Positions 1 to 12,547 of a stretch of DNA of 64,000 nucleotides are shown piece after piece. The notes under the pieces were generated by a model. It did no database searches, was not told where the DNA came from, and saw nothing but the letters and a program-made list of their open reading frames with translations. Both the position numbers and the translations under genes were made by a program. The stretch is from the human T2T-CHM13v2.0 reference genome, Homo sapiens. Position 1 is the stretch's first letter. Every line of letters begins with the position of its first letter. The stretch lies in the NCBI RefSeq assembly GCF_009914755.1, contig NC_060933.1; one strand, written 5' to 3'.

Positions 1-180
1 AGTCACACAAACACACACATTCACACTCACACATAAACACACACAATCATACTCACATACTTAAAACAGTTGCATCACACACACATAAACACATACATTC
101 ATGCTCACATACAGTTATGCATACCCAGAAATACACATATAAGAACACACAATCCTACATATACACACACACACACACAC
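1..180 (+). repeat. Degenerate (CA)n low-complexity repeat
   Basis: acacacat/acac runs ending in pure (CA)n at about 160-180. Confidence 0.9.
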
Positions 181-1129
181 AGGTGTGCATGTTTAGAAGA
201 TGGAGAGAATGAGGCCTGAAGAATTGACTCAATGGGAACCCGCCCCTTCCCTGCCTGCCAACCTACTCACACCCTAGGTACCCTCCACACAGGCTCCAGC
301 TGCTTTTTGCTGGCTCCCAGAGCTTATCTCCCTATGAGAGGAGGGAGGGGTGGCTTGGGAGAGACGAGGGTGATTGTTCAGGTTTAATTAAGCATGCCAC
401 CCAGAGACAGGCTTGGCGGATGCACTGTAAGACACATTCCGCTGAACTCAGAACCTCTGTTCTCTAGGCGTATGCAGGCCTGACAAAACATTTCAAAGCA
501 GAGGAGAACATTAGGAACGGAGGGAGCTGACAGCTCCTAATAGCACAGTAACAAGGAGACACTAATAAAGCGTGTGGCTGTGAGCTGAGCAGCTCCAGAG
601 ACAGACGGAGACTACAGGCCTTCTTCAAAGGCATGTTGGCCATGCATGGACCTTGCTTTTGGTGACTTCTGTCCTCCACACATCACAGAACAGGGATATA
701 ACCTCTTGGTGTACTATGCTCAGAACCCTCGTGAGCAGGGGTCCCTGCAGCCAGAACTAGCAGATCCATCCTTGCTGAGAGCCCTCTTAACAATGATGGG
801 GAACAGAGGAATGGAGCAATGTGGTAAATATCTCCAGAAGGAAGGAAAACAGGGAGGGAGAGAAGGAAGAAAGTCCTCCATTTCCTAATGGCATATCTAT
901 GGTAAAAAAGTACTAATTACTTCCATAAGCAACCCATGCAACTATTCATAGATCTAGTTATCTTTTCAAGACAAATGTCACTAAACACCTACTTTGTGCC
1001 AAACTCTATGCATTGAAGATGAAAACAAAACAAAACAAATCAGAAAAATAAAAAAGACCTTGTCTTCAAGCACTTAGCAGTCTAGTAGGGAAGTCATACA
1101 AGTAAAAAAGACAATTAGAATATATTGTA

Positions 1130-1540
1130 AACTCCCAAATCCAATGCTCTCTCTCCACTTTCTTGTTAAATTCTTCTTTGAAAAAGAGTTATGTCACTGA
1201 TTCCAATTTCTCACCACTCATCCTCACTCAACCCATTCCTATCTGCTTTTTGCCATTATTTATTCCACATATCCCACCTTACCGTGGTTATTGATGACCT
1301 CCAATTTGCCAAAACTGCTGGTCTCTCTTACTCTTAGGTGACCTCTGAGTAGCCTATGACACAGAGGACCAAACTCTCCTTAAGAAGCATGTTCTCCTGG
1401 AGATCCTGTGACTTCCCAGCATCTGGTGTTTCTCTGCCTCCCTGACCCCTCCTCCATCACTGGCTGACTTTTTGTTTTCTTGTCTCCATTTCCAAATAAT
1501 CTTTCTGAGCTCTTTTTCTACCTACATTTCCCCTAGACAA
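1130..1540 (+). mobile_element. L2 LINE fragment
   Basis: Pyrimidine-rich L2 ORF2-like sequence (gatgacctccaatttgccaaa...tgacctctgagtagc...gacacag). Confidence 0.6.
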
Positions 1541-1541
1541 T

Positions 1542-1885
1542 TGCTATGGTCTGAATATTTCTGTCCCTGATAAATTAATCTGTTGAAATTCTAATGCCCA
1601 AGATCATGGTATTAGAAGGTGAGGCCTTTGGGAAGTGATTAAATCATGAGGGTGGAACCCTCCTAAATGGGTTTAGTGCCCTGAGAGACCCGCTTGCCTC
1701 TTCCACCATTTGAGGATACAGCAAGAAGGCACTGTCTGTGAGCTAGAAAGTGGGCTCTCAACAGACAGCAAATCTGCCTTGATTTTGGACTTCCCACCCT
1801 CCAGGACTATAAGAAATAAATTTATGTTGTTTATAGATTATCCAGTTTATGATATTTTGTATGGGAGCACAAATGAATTAAGAAG
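1542..1885 (+). mobile_element. MaLR solo LTR (MLT1A-like)
   Basis: Starts tgctatggtctgaat; has ttggacttcccaccctccagg and an aataaa; 5-bp TSD ACAAT at 1537-1541 and 1886-1890. Confidence 0.85.
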
Positions 1886-1929
1886 ACAATCTCATCTAAA
1901 ATATTTTAAAATCATCTATGCTCTGGTGA

Positions 1930-2750
1930 CTACTAAATGGGTAAGTTTGGGACTCAACTGTGAGGTGTATTTGCCCATCAAATGAAATTATTATGACCAG
2001 TTGGATATACCTTACTTTACTATAAAGAAAGACCCAGGCTGGAGATACAGATTTCAAAAACAACATACATGGGATGCTCTGAAAGTCTGTAGCCCAGAGA
2101 AAGTGTGTGGGGAGAGAAGACAAAAATACTAAGCCTAAAGCCCCAAGAAGGCTGGGAAGTATCTAAAGAGGCAAAAGAAAACCAGAAGTGTACTATACAG
2201 AGAAGTCAGGGAATGAGTTTTCAAATGAGTAAACAATGATGCTAAATAAAAGAGTTGGGATGAACTGAAAACTGAATCACATCTATTGGATATAACCATA
2301 AATTGGTGCACTTTTGGCCTTGGGAGAAGCAGTGACTGTGAGTGATGAGTGTAGAAGGCAGACTGTGGTGGGCGGGAGAGTAAGTGGGAAGTGAGGAAGT
2401 GGAGACCATTTGCATAGATTTCTCTTTCTAGAAGGCTGGCTGTGAATGGAAGACATAAGGTGGTAGCTAAAGGCAAATGAGGAGGGGATGAGTTTGGAGA
2501 GACAAACACTTATGGGCTGAAGGAAAAGAACAGGAGAGAGGAAGATACTTAAGTCAAAAGAAGAAGTTATTAATGACATTGTATTCCTTAAAAGATTGGA
2601 GAGGATGGGGTAAGTATTAGGCAGGAGAAGAAACACCTGTTCCCCTAAGGCAGGAAGAGATGCAAGAATATATGTGTATGTGGCACAAAAGAAGAAAGTC
2701 TGAAAGTTATGCTCTTTCTTGCCTGATGATCTCACTTGTATTTTGTCTTT
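1930..2750 (-). mobile_element. L2 LINE fragment(s)
   Basis: Purine-rich antisense L2 pattern (ggctggagatacagattt...gggaagtgaggaagtggagac). Confidence 0.6.
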
Positions 2751-2765
2751 AAAATAGTGGATGAA

Positions 2766-3040
2766 GCTGGGCACAGTGGCTCATGCCTATAATCCCAACA
2801 CGTTGCAAGGTCGAGGCAGCAGAATCACTTCAGGTCAGGAGTTCAAGACCATGCTGGGCAACATAGCAAGACCCCATCTGTACAAAATTAAATATATATA
2901 TATGGGCATGGTGGTGGGTGCCTTTAATTTCAGCTACTTGGGAGGCTGAAGAAGGAGTTTGAGTTTGGTGAGTAATAATTGTGCCACTGCACTCCAACCT
3001 GGGAAACACAGCAAGACCTTGTCTAAATTAATTAATTAAT
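2766..3040 (+). mobile_element. Old Alu (AluJ-like) with internal deletion
   Basis: Both Alu arms present; TSD aaatagtg(g/a)atga on both flanks. Confidence 0.88.
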
Positions 3041-3594
3041 AAATAGTGAATGACAAAAGAATACTGAGGTTAAATTGGGGGCATAAACAAGGGCTCTGAG
3101 AGTTAAAAAAAAAAAAAAAACTAAAAAGCTACCGCAAGGATAGAGAAAAGGAGGAGATCAACAAGAGAACTTCCAACTAGTGTCAAAGACCCAGCCGATA
3201 TTGGAGAACATAGATGGGGGTTGGTGCCCATTTGCACTAGGTGTGGATTATGCCAACTGCAGATGGCTATTCCCAAGGTTGTAGGAAAGATAGTTGATTT
3301 TTTTTATTCAGATCTAGGGGTCTATACCAGACCAGTCCTTTCCTCACCTACATCTTCTACAGGACAATGATTATAGCAACAGCAGCTACCAGTTGCTGAG
3401 TGCGGGTTATGTGCCAGGTGCCTTATATACAATATTTTTAATTCTTAGAATAGTGCTGAAAAACTATTTCCCCTTCATCCTGAGAAACCCAGGTCCGAGA
3501 AAGGTGACATAGTTGATCCAAGGTTTCATGAGCCTGTCTGACTCCAGATCCCTGGCTCCTTCTCTATACCTTGTCACAACCTTTGAGGCTTGAC

Positions 3595-3730
3595 ATCAGC
3601 TGTCATTTCCTTTCTGAGCATTTGCTTCTCCAAGATAAACAGTTCCAGGCTTTGAACACCTTCTTATGGAAGCTTCTTTCCAGTACTCTCCTGTTTTCCT
3701 TCCCAAATTGTTAGTTTCCTGTTCTTGAAC
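3595..3730 (-). mobile_element. Possible L3/CR1 3' fragment
   Basis: ttctccaagataaacagttccagg resembles antisense L3 sequence. Confidence 0.4.
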
Positions 3731-4039
3731 ACACATGTATTTACATATGTTTTTTTCAAGGTGATGAGTACCCTACGGAAAAGCCAAGACTCCTCAATAA
3801 AAAGTTCTTGAGAAGGACTCTCTTGAGGGTTTTCCCCAAGGGCACCTTCACATGTTTTAATCTAGTCTCCTACCTAAACCAATGTGCTAATTAAGATGCT
3901 CTCTGAGGAGCCAAGAAAGTAGAACCTGCCATTATATGGAGCTTCACCACCTCTCTGGCTCCCCTTGCAAAAATTGATCCTGTGCTCCAGAAAGACCAAA
4001 CCATTTACTGTCTTATGTATTTTCTGTCATGTTTTCTGC

Positions 4040-4602
4040 TTTATTCATCTGCTGATCTCTCTGCCTAAAATATCCATTCCTTTGTCCTTGCCTAACAACC
4101 ATTTACCCTTCAAGATTCAACTCAGACATCATCTCTTAGAAACCTTCTCAGGTAGTCTGGCTACATCAGGTACTCCTTGCACTTCATGCTTCCTCTATCA
4201 TCACACAGGACTTGTAGGGCACAGTGATTAAGAGAGGAAGCTAATGGACTCACCAGTCAGACTAGACAAGACCTGCTACAGGGCACTTAATGATTGTGTC
4301 ACTTTACCCCTCCATGTTCCCATTTTTTCAGCTGTCAGTGGAGGATAGTGAATGTCTATCTCATAGGTTTGTTGTGAAGAAGAAATAAGGTGATCCACAT
4401 AAAGCACATGGCACATAATCAATGGTAGTTATTCTTATAACATGTATCAAATAGTACTATATTTATGCTTATCTTTCTCCCACCATCCCATAAGTACCAA
4501 GAGGGTAGGAACAGCATCCAATTTATGGTTCTACTCCCAGCACCTCACTCAGAATCTGGCACATAGTAGGAGCTCATGAATGAATGAATGAATGAATGAA
4601 TC
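4040..4602 (+). mobile_element. L2 3' end interrupted by a MIR (about 4215-4440)
   Basis: Ends ctggcacatagtaggagctc(atga)n, the typical L2 tail. Confidence 0.75.
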
Positions 4603-5163
4603 TAATTCATCTCAGTGTGTACTGTCTTTGGGATCACATTATCTGAAATTACCTACTTAATTTCCATTATATTTAGAGTGAAGATGAAGGGTAAGATATA
4701 TCTTTTTCAATTAAAGGGCAAGAGGCCTCTCCAAGAATAGCCTGATGACATGGAGATTTATGGATCAAGTGCCAGGCTCTCAGCAGTCCATGGACAGTTG
4801 GCCATGCCCAACTGGAATATGGTCTCTTTCATTTAGAAATTGTCAAGGCCAAGAGGCCAGGCAGCCAGGAGTGTAGGCAGGCAAGAGAACATCTAGGGTA
4901 CATGGAGGGATGAGGACTCTACATCAGTGCCAACATTCCACTACTACTCATGCAAACAACCTTTCTTGCTGTTTATGACTGGTGGTCAATCTGATAGCTC
5001 CAGGATCCATCCTGATTGCCTGGCAGCCATGCCATTATATTTACAAAATATATTAAATATTCTCTCTTTTAAACATCAGAATCCTAGGTTCCCAGCAGGA
5101 CTGAAAAAGTTGATAAGGAACCCAATTAGAGAACTGCAAATGCAAAGACTAGATTTCAGGTTG

Positions 5164-5528
5164 TGATATGGTTTGGCTGTGTCCCCACCCAAATCTCATC
5201 TTGAATTTTAGCTCCCATAATCCCCACATGTCACGGGAGGGACGTGGTGGGAGGTAATTGAATTATGGGGGTGGGTGTTTCCCATGCTGTTCTTGTGATA
5301 GTGAGTAAGTCTCACGAGATCTGATGGTTTTATAATGGGCAGTTCCCCTGCACACGCTCTCTTGCCTGCCACCATGTAAGACGTGCCTTTGCTTCTCCTT
5401 TGCCTTCCACCATGATTGTGAGGCCTCCCCAGCCATGTGGAATTGTGAGTTCATTAAACCTCTTTTTCTGTATAAATTACCCAGCCTCAAGTATGTATTT
5501 AATAGCAGCATGAGAACAGAGTAATACT
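5164..5528 (+). mobile_element. THE1 (THE1C/D-like) MaLR solo LTR
   Basis: tgatatggtttggctgtgtccccacccaaatctcatcttgaa...gagaacagagtaatac; imperfect TSD ggttg/ggtgg. Confidence 0.93.
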
Positions 5529-6619
5529 GGTGGTCAGAAGCTAAGATCAAGGAGGTGGACTTCAGGTCAGGTAAATGCCAACCATGTAGTTGAGTCAGTG
5601 ACTTAGAAATCTGAGCACTGCCATGTGAACTATTCCTTAAAAGACTCTGTCAGCCAGAGGTTCACTATGGGTTACAATGATCACTGAGCCCCATTCCCAG
5701 GACTTCCCTCCTCCTCAACTCCCATCTCCCTAGCTCTCTTCTCCTTACACCAGAGCCATGTAATTTGGGCCAGCAGTCTCATCTTGGCTGCAGTCATCAG
5801 GACCTGATTCCAGTCAAAGGAAATATATGAACCTCCGGGTCAGAGCTCAGGGGGCTTAGCTTTAGGCTAGCACTTGATTCTCATGTCTGTTGAAAATACA
5901 CCAAATGGCATAGTCATTATTTCTTTAGGGGTGTGTCTTTCCTGCTAGCCTGAGGCTTTCCTAGAAGCAGTAGAATAAAAGATGGAAGAGAAAAAGAAAT
6001 AAAGGAATGGAAAGCGAAGAAACTGAGCTGGCTCCTGCTTTTCCTCTCTTTCTAGAAACCAGTTTTGGACACTGGACCTCCATCCTATTTTTTTTTTTTT
6101 TTTGAACACCTGTCTTGATAGTCTGCCCAGTGAGCCATGTTCTTTTATCCTTGATATTTTTCTTTTAGGACATAGAACTCTAACTCTAAATTTTTGCCCC
6201 TTTTCTGGGGCCATTAGCCTTTAGCACATGCTTGATTCTCACTGCAAAGTCCTGGATCCCAACTCTGAGCTAACATTTACCTGCCCTGCCCAAGGGGGTC
6301 TGTATGAACCTTCCCAACCTGATATCATAAAGCTTTTTCCTCTCTGAAAGTCTCTTTTCATAAAGTTTATATTCCTGCCAAGGTCTTGACCGAGAGGTCT
6401 GTGGATTCTAAGAAGGAAATGCTGTAGTCAGGTGGGGAGGTCATGAGAAAGATGGGGTCACAGAAATGGTGGTAGCTTAATAACAGGAAAGGCAGATGGA
6501 ACCATGCCTCCTTCATAAGGGAGAACCTCACTCAAAGATGGGCTTTAAAAAGTTGCAATAAACACAGAACTCAGAATTAAGGTGAGAAAGAGAGAAAAAG
6601 AAAACATGCTCTGAATATA

Positions 6620-6820
6620 CCACATACTGAGCAACACGAAATTATTAATACACATATTATCTCATTTCATGTTCCCATCTTCCCTTGCAGTAAGAGCCAT
6701 TATCCTCATTTTCACAGATGAGGAAACTCTGGCTCAGAGAGGTTAAGAATCTTGTTCAATATCATCAAGCAAGTGAGGGATAGAAAACCCAGGATTGAAT
6801 CTGCTTTGTCTGATTGTAAA
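6620..6820 (-). mobile_element. MIR SINE
   Basis: MIR core ttcacagatgaggaaactctggctcagagaggttaag. Confidence 0.8.
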
Positions 6821-8397
6821 GACTTTTTTTTCCCTCCTACAGATACAGATATTTAGCCTAGATTGGACCACCCATGCACTTCTAAGGCATACATTGTTCC
6901 CAAATTAGCCCTACATCCCCATGATACCTATCTTTCATAGTTTAAGAGAGAGGTTACTGTCTTCTCTTATTGTCTGGCTCTGTCCATCAGGAAGTTGTAG
7001 AATCATAGGATATAAAAACTGTAAGTACATGAGTGGTCTGTTGGAACAGTGGTTTGTACATTTATTTGTAGCAGAATTCATGTTTGGAATTCCTATACAT
7101 GAAACTGACATTGCATGCAGCAGACTCCTCAGTATTCATCTGTATCTCTCTGGAAGGGACTCTTCAGGCTCTTCTAAAGACCACTGCCCCTCCAAGAAAC
7201 ACAGTCTGATGTACTCTCACCCTCATTTTCTCATTTGTACATGAGGACTCTGGAGATCAGGGTCAAGAAGGGCTTGCCCAAGGTTACTCAATGGAAGAAC
7301 AAGGACAAGAATCTGTATCTCGTGCTTTCTATTCTACACAGTGGCCAAGAAATATTCATCAGGGTAAAGGAAAAGGTATCCTGGATCCATGAAAGTAAGC
7401 TATTTGGGAGTGGGTTGAAGATAGAAGCTTTCTTCTGGTGGAAAATAATAATAATAGCACCCAACATTTATTATATACCTTCTGTGGTGCTAGGTACAAT
7501 GCTAGGAGCTTTTTTTGCATTATTCCATTTAATCCTCTTATCAGATTAGGATCCCATTATGCAGATAAGGAAGCTAAGCCTTAATTCTTCAGCACTAGGT
7601 GACCCAGTTGGTAAATAGCTTTGGTGGATTTGATCCCTGGCCATCTTGCTCGAGAGCCTGGCTCTTAGTCTGCTCTACTGTCTTCCTAGGAACAGGAATA
7701 ATAATCCAGTGAAGGCTAGAAGCTTGTTCATATTTACCAACATATCCTTCCCTGTCCTCCTGCTAATCTCCCAGCAAATGCTCTGCACCATCAGACATCT
7801 CATTTTCCTCACCATGACTGCTAATATGCAGGGCCTTCGGTATAAATGTACACCCTCTACCCAGCCTCCAGCAAACTCACATGCACCCATCTACACACAT
7901 GGGCACATGCTCATGCATAATGCATGGGACCACCATCTTAAATCCTGCTAAATTGAGATTCAGCTAGCTGTTTGGTCTGGAGACACCTCAGTGCCTGCGT
8001 CATTAGCTGAGCTCTGAAAGCCATCATTACTGCAGCCACTGTGGCTGAGTCACTGAGACCATGAGCAGGTAATAGAATTTCAGGGACACATAATAAAAGG
8101 GAATGGAATGGGATTCAGGTCGGAAAAGACTATCTGTTATCCAGTCCTGAAGGGTGGATATGTAAACAAGGAGCTCCAGGCCCCCAGGATGGCGATTCCA
8201 CCGAGTCCCTCAGCAGAGGATAATAAAAGGCCCAATTACAACCTCCACACTCTGAGATTTCAAAGGAAAGGAAGAAAAAAAATCAATGAAATTAATTTAA
8301 TGTGGACCCATTCTTTATGTTTGCTTTGCTAGAGTAGTTGTATGAGATACCTCTATAGACCAGCCCATCTTTTCTCACACAGTGACTTTATCCACAA

Positions 8398-8872
8398 GAA
8401 AGGAAGGAAGGAAGAAAGGAGAGAGGGAGAGAGGGAGGGAGGAGAGGAGAAGAGAGGAGAGGAGAGAGGGAGGCAGATGGGGAAGAAGGGAGGGAAGAAG
8501 GGAGGAAAAGAGGAAGGAAGGAAGGAAAAGAAAGGGGGCAGGGGAGGGGAGGGGAGGGGATGGAAGGGAGGGAAGGGAGGAGGAAGTAAGGGAGGGAGGG
8601 AGGGAGGGAAAGAAGGAAGGAAGGAAGGAAGGAAGGAAGGAAGGAAAAAGGACAGGAAGGGAAGGGAAGGAGGGTGAGAGGGAGGGAGGGAGGGAGAAAG
8701 GAGGGAAAGAAGGAAGGAAAGAAGGAAGGAAGGAAGGAAGGGGAAGGGAGGAAGGAAGGAGGGAGGGAGGAGGAAAGGGGGAAGGAGGGAAGGAGGAGGG
8801 AAGGAGGAGGGAAGGAAGAAAGGAAGGAAGAAAGGAAGGAAGGCAGGCAGGCAGGCAGGCAGGCAGGCAAGC
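8398..8872 (+). repeat. About 470-bp polypurine tract, (GGAA)/(GGGA)n followed by (GGCA)n
   Basis: Seen directly; it generates the low-complexity ORFs at 8342-9233. Confidence 0.97.
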
Positions 8873-8977
8873 CAAGCCTTCAGACATATTTGTTTCTGAC
8901 ATCTCAAAGGAGGACAAATCAGGGAATCCAAGGTTGGAAGAGACATTCAAATCTCATTTTTCATGGCATAAAGGAAG

Positions 8978-9120
8978 AGGCAGCATCTCTACGTATGATT
9001 GTGCAGCTTGTGCCCTGCATAAGGGTGCCCCACTGAAGGGAGACTGGGTATTGAGGTCCAGTCCATGGTCTAAATGGACAAGCACTAATCCTTGCATGGC
9101 TTGCATCTATACATGTATAA
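8978..9120 (+). mobile_element. MER91-like hAT DNA-transposon fragment
   Basis: ctacgtatgattgtgcagcttgtgccctgcataagggtgcc resembles the MER91 terminus. Confidence 0.55.
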
Positions 9121-9299
9121 TAAGCAGGAAGGATCCAAAGGTAGAGCTAGCTCTTCTCACTAAACAGGCAATCAGAGATCTGCATTCTGTGGGGTTTGTA
9201 TTCTATGTGATCTTTTATGTGTCTGCTTTCTAGATATATTCCCTCTTTTGTAAAGGAAGGGTTTTAGGTAAGGTACAGGGTGAGGGGACTATCATTAAT

Positions 9300-9530
9300 A
9301 GAGTATGGAATTCCCACCAAGCATAGTGCTGAGTATAAAGCATTTGTCTTAATCTTTTCAATAATCCCTTTTTAGGTTAATTAGTCCCATTTTACAGATG
9401 TAAAAAAGCAAGGCTCAGAGAGTTGTGATGGGTTACCTGCCTGCAGGTCACAAAACACCTGAGCAGAGAAGCCAGAATTGCAATCCAAGTGTCCGCGCTT
9501 GAAACCTATACTCTTCCCTGACTATATGCC
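9300..9530 (-). mobile_element. MIR SINE
   Basis: cccattttacagatgtaaaaaagcaaggctcagagag core. Confidence 0.75.
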
Positions 9531-9779
9531 TCCTCTCTAAGGCTGTTTCCACTCCTTGTTTTCTGTGATTCTATATGTAAAATGGCCTTGGTTATTGAGG
9601 TTTTGGGGGTTTGGGATAAGGGTGGAGGGCAGAGGAATATGTTGCTACCAAGTCAAGCAACAGAGAACAACCTGACAAGAGTTAATGGGTTTGTGTAGGG
9701 GAGGCAGGAGCTTGGAGAGTGCTGGCAATGAGACTGACCAAAAACAGAACTGGTCCTTCTAGGAAGCTAATGAGTAAGT

Positions 9780-10165
9780 AATCCTGAAAATCACTGTCCA
9801 GTAAGCCTGGTGTCAATATTGAGTAAAATAATTGGACGAATGTGCCCAGAGATAATCTGTAAGCATTGGAAAAATAATGGAATAGTGAGCGATAAGGGAC
9901 ACCAGAGGTTCATGCAGAACAAATCATTCTAGACAACTTGATAGCTTTTCCTGACAAAATTACAAAATTAGTGGATGAAGGAGACATCGTAAAGGTTCTG
10001 GATTTTGAGCTCTAACAAAAAATTGAATAGCATTTCTTGGGATGCCTATCTTGCCAAGTTAATTCAAACTGCCCCTGATTCAAGCTGTGCTGTGTGAATT
10101 TGTGTTGTTACCAAATCTGGTTGGACAATGGAGCCAACAGGTGCTGATGCATGGTACTGCTCCAA
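9780..10165 (+). mobile_element. CR1/L3 LINE reverse-transcriptase remnant
   Basis: Translates NPENHCPVSLVSILSKII...ICKHW...HQRFMQNKSF*, then after a frameshift NLIAFPDKITKLVDEGDIVKVLDF; matches CR1 RT motifs NYRPVSLTS, QHGF..KSC.TNL and YLDFSKAFD. Confidence 0.85.
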
Positions 10166-10511
10166 GGGTAAGGGCCAGAGACTCTCACCCCTCTCTCTGG
10201 TCTGGAAAAGAATGTGACAGAAGGGCTACTGAGACCCAGACAAGAAATGCAGACATCCGTACAGCAGGGAAAGACCCTGGGGCACCAGGGGGAAGGTACA
10301 TTTTTTAGATAATTTGATAATCATATCCTCCCTATGGGGCAGGTGTCATCATCTCACCCTCTGCTCCATTATTCACGGTCCTCGTAATTTTGCTTATAAG
10401 GAACTGAAGGTCAGAGTGGGAGTGGCTTATCACACAGATAATGAGTTGCGGCACCTAGGTTGTAACCCAGGTGTGTCTGATTCCAAGAATTGGTATACTC
10501 TTTTCTCTGAC

Positions 10512-10732
10512 CAGTGGTTCTCAAGCATCAGTTTACATCAAAATCACAGAGAGTAGACGTGGCATGCGAGGCGGGGTGGGAGACAGTTGTTAAATCACTG
10601 ATTACTGGGACCCACCCCTAGGGTTTCTGACTCCGAGGGTCTGGAGTGGTGACTGAGAATTTGCATTTCACCAAACTCCCAGGTGATGCTGATGTTCCAA
10701 TCTAAGACCACACCTCCAGAAACACTCTATTC
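10512..10732. mobile_element. MER5A-like hAT-Charlie MITE
   Basis: cagtggttctcaa...gggtttctgactc...gagaatttgcatttc...ggtgatgctgatg. Confidence 0.8.
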
Positions 10733-11222
<490 letters not shown>

Positions 11223-12154
11223 ATGCCATGATGTTGGGAAATGAGAAATCTAGAAAGATAGCACTACAGTTCAAGAACTGACTCTGGAATCCAAAAGTAG
11301 AGAAAACAGACATTATACCAAAAAAAATGAGCTGCAGGAAGGACATAATTTGGAAGATCTGAGTTCAATATTTGGTCATGTCTTTACTAGCTTTACAATT
11401 AGGGGATTTTTATTTATTTTATTTTATTACTATTATTTTTACTTCTTTAGGTATCAGTGTGCTTATTATTTGAGGATCAATTACTAAAAAAAATTAAAAA
11501 GACCATAGGGAAAATACTTGGGGGCTTCTCAAAATGATTGCTGAAGATACCCTCCATGGTATTGCTCAACATTTCTTGTGAGGAAAGCCATGAATAAAAC
11601 CGTTCTCAGGATGCAGTGCTAATTAGTCTCTCCTTCCCCTGATGACTAGCTATAGCTCCTTCCACTTGCACAAGGAACCCAGTGCACCCATCCTTGTCAA
11701 AATTTTACTCGACTCAGCACCATTTATAGCTGCTTTATTAACTCAGAATTCTAGAATAAAACTTGTTCTAAAAATAAAGTATACCCCTCTGCATTAAATA
11801 CCTCACTATATATATGCAATTTATCGCCACCTGTCTGAAGTCCTTTAGGAGAACAGAAGGGGCCCGAATCTAAATGATTGATTAAGTGAATGCCAATGGA
11901 AGGAGCGTAGGCTCCTCTTGAGACATCTGTGAAACTCAAGAGGGAGAAATCAAAGAGGAACTATCGCATACTGTTAGGTACAGTCAGAATGTAATGGCTA
12001 ATTACTATTATGATTGTGATTATTATACAGTAAAAAGCAATTACACTTTAAACTTGATGTTTAAGAAACCTGTAACAAATACAACTCTACCCCATGTAAT
12101 TTTCCAAACTCAATCAATTCCTACCACTCTCCCCATAATCTCTGTGTGCCCTCC

Positions 12155-12547
12155 TGTTATGGTCTGTCCCCAAAACTCATGTGTTGCAAATTTAATCCCC
12201 ATTGCAACAGTGTTGCAGGGTGGGGTCTTTTGGTAGGTGTTTGGGTCATAAAGGCTCCACTCTCATTAATAAATTCAAGCCTTTATAAGAGAGCTTAACA
12301 GAGGGGGTTTGGTCCCTTTTTTCCCCTTCTGTCCCTTTTGCCAGGTGAGGACACAGCATCCCTTTCTTCCAGAGAACACAGCAACAAGGCACCATCTCAG
12401 AAAAGAGACAAAGCCCCTCACCAGACACTGAACCTACCTGTGCTTTTATTTTGGACTTCCCAGCCTCCAGGAGCATGAAAAAATAAATATCTATTCTTTA
12501 TAAATTACCCAGTCTCAGATATTTTTTTTTTTATAGCAACACAGACA
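12155..12547 (+). mobile_element. MST (MSTD-like) MaLR solo LTR
   Basis: tgttatggtctgtccccaaaactcatgtgttg...ttggacttcccagcctccag...aca; TSD CCTCC at 12150-12154 and 12548-12552. Confidence 0.88.

Noticed and set aside
4780-4800. RE1-like TCAGCAGTCCATGGACAG
   Set aside because: Left half is disrupted, so spacing does not fit the canonical RE1
8342-9233. Long overlapping ORFs of 111-283 aa on both strands
   Set aside because: They are translations of the GGAA/GGAG simple repeat, which lacks stop codons by composition
9780-9932. CR1-derived protein-coding exon
   Set aside because: In-frame stop and frameshift within the RT motifs, antisense to ASTN2, and no convincing splice sites; kept only as a non-coding fossil
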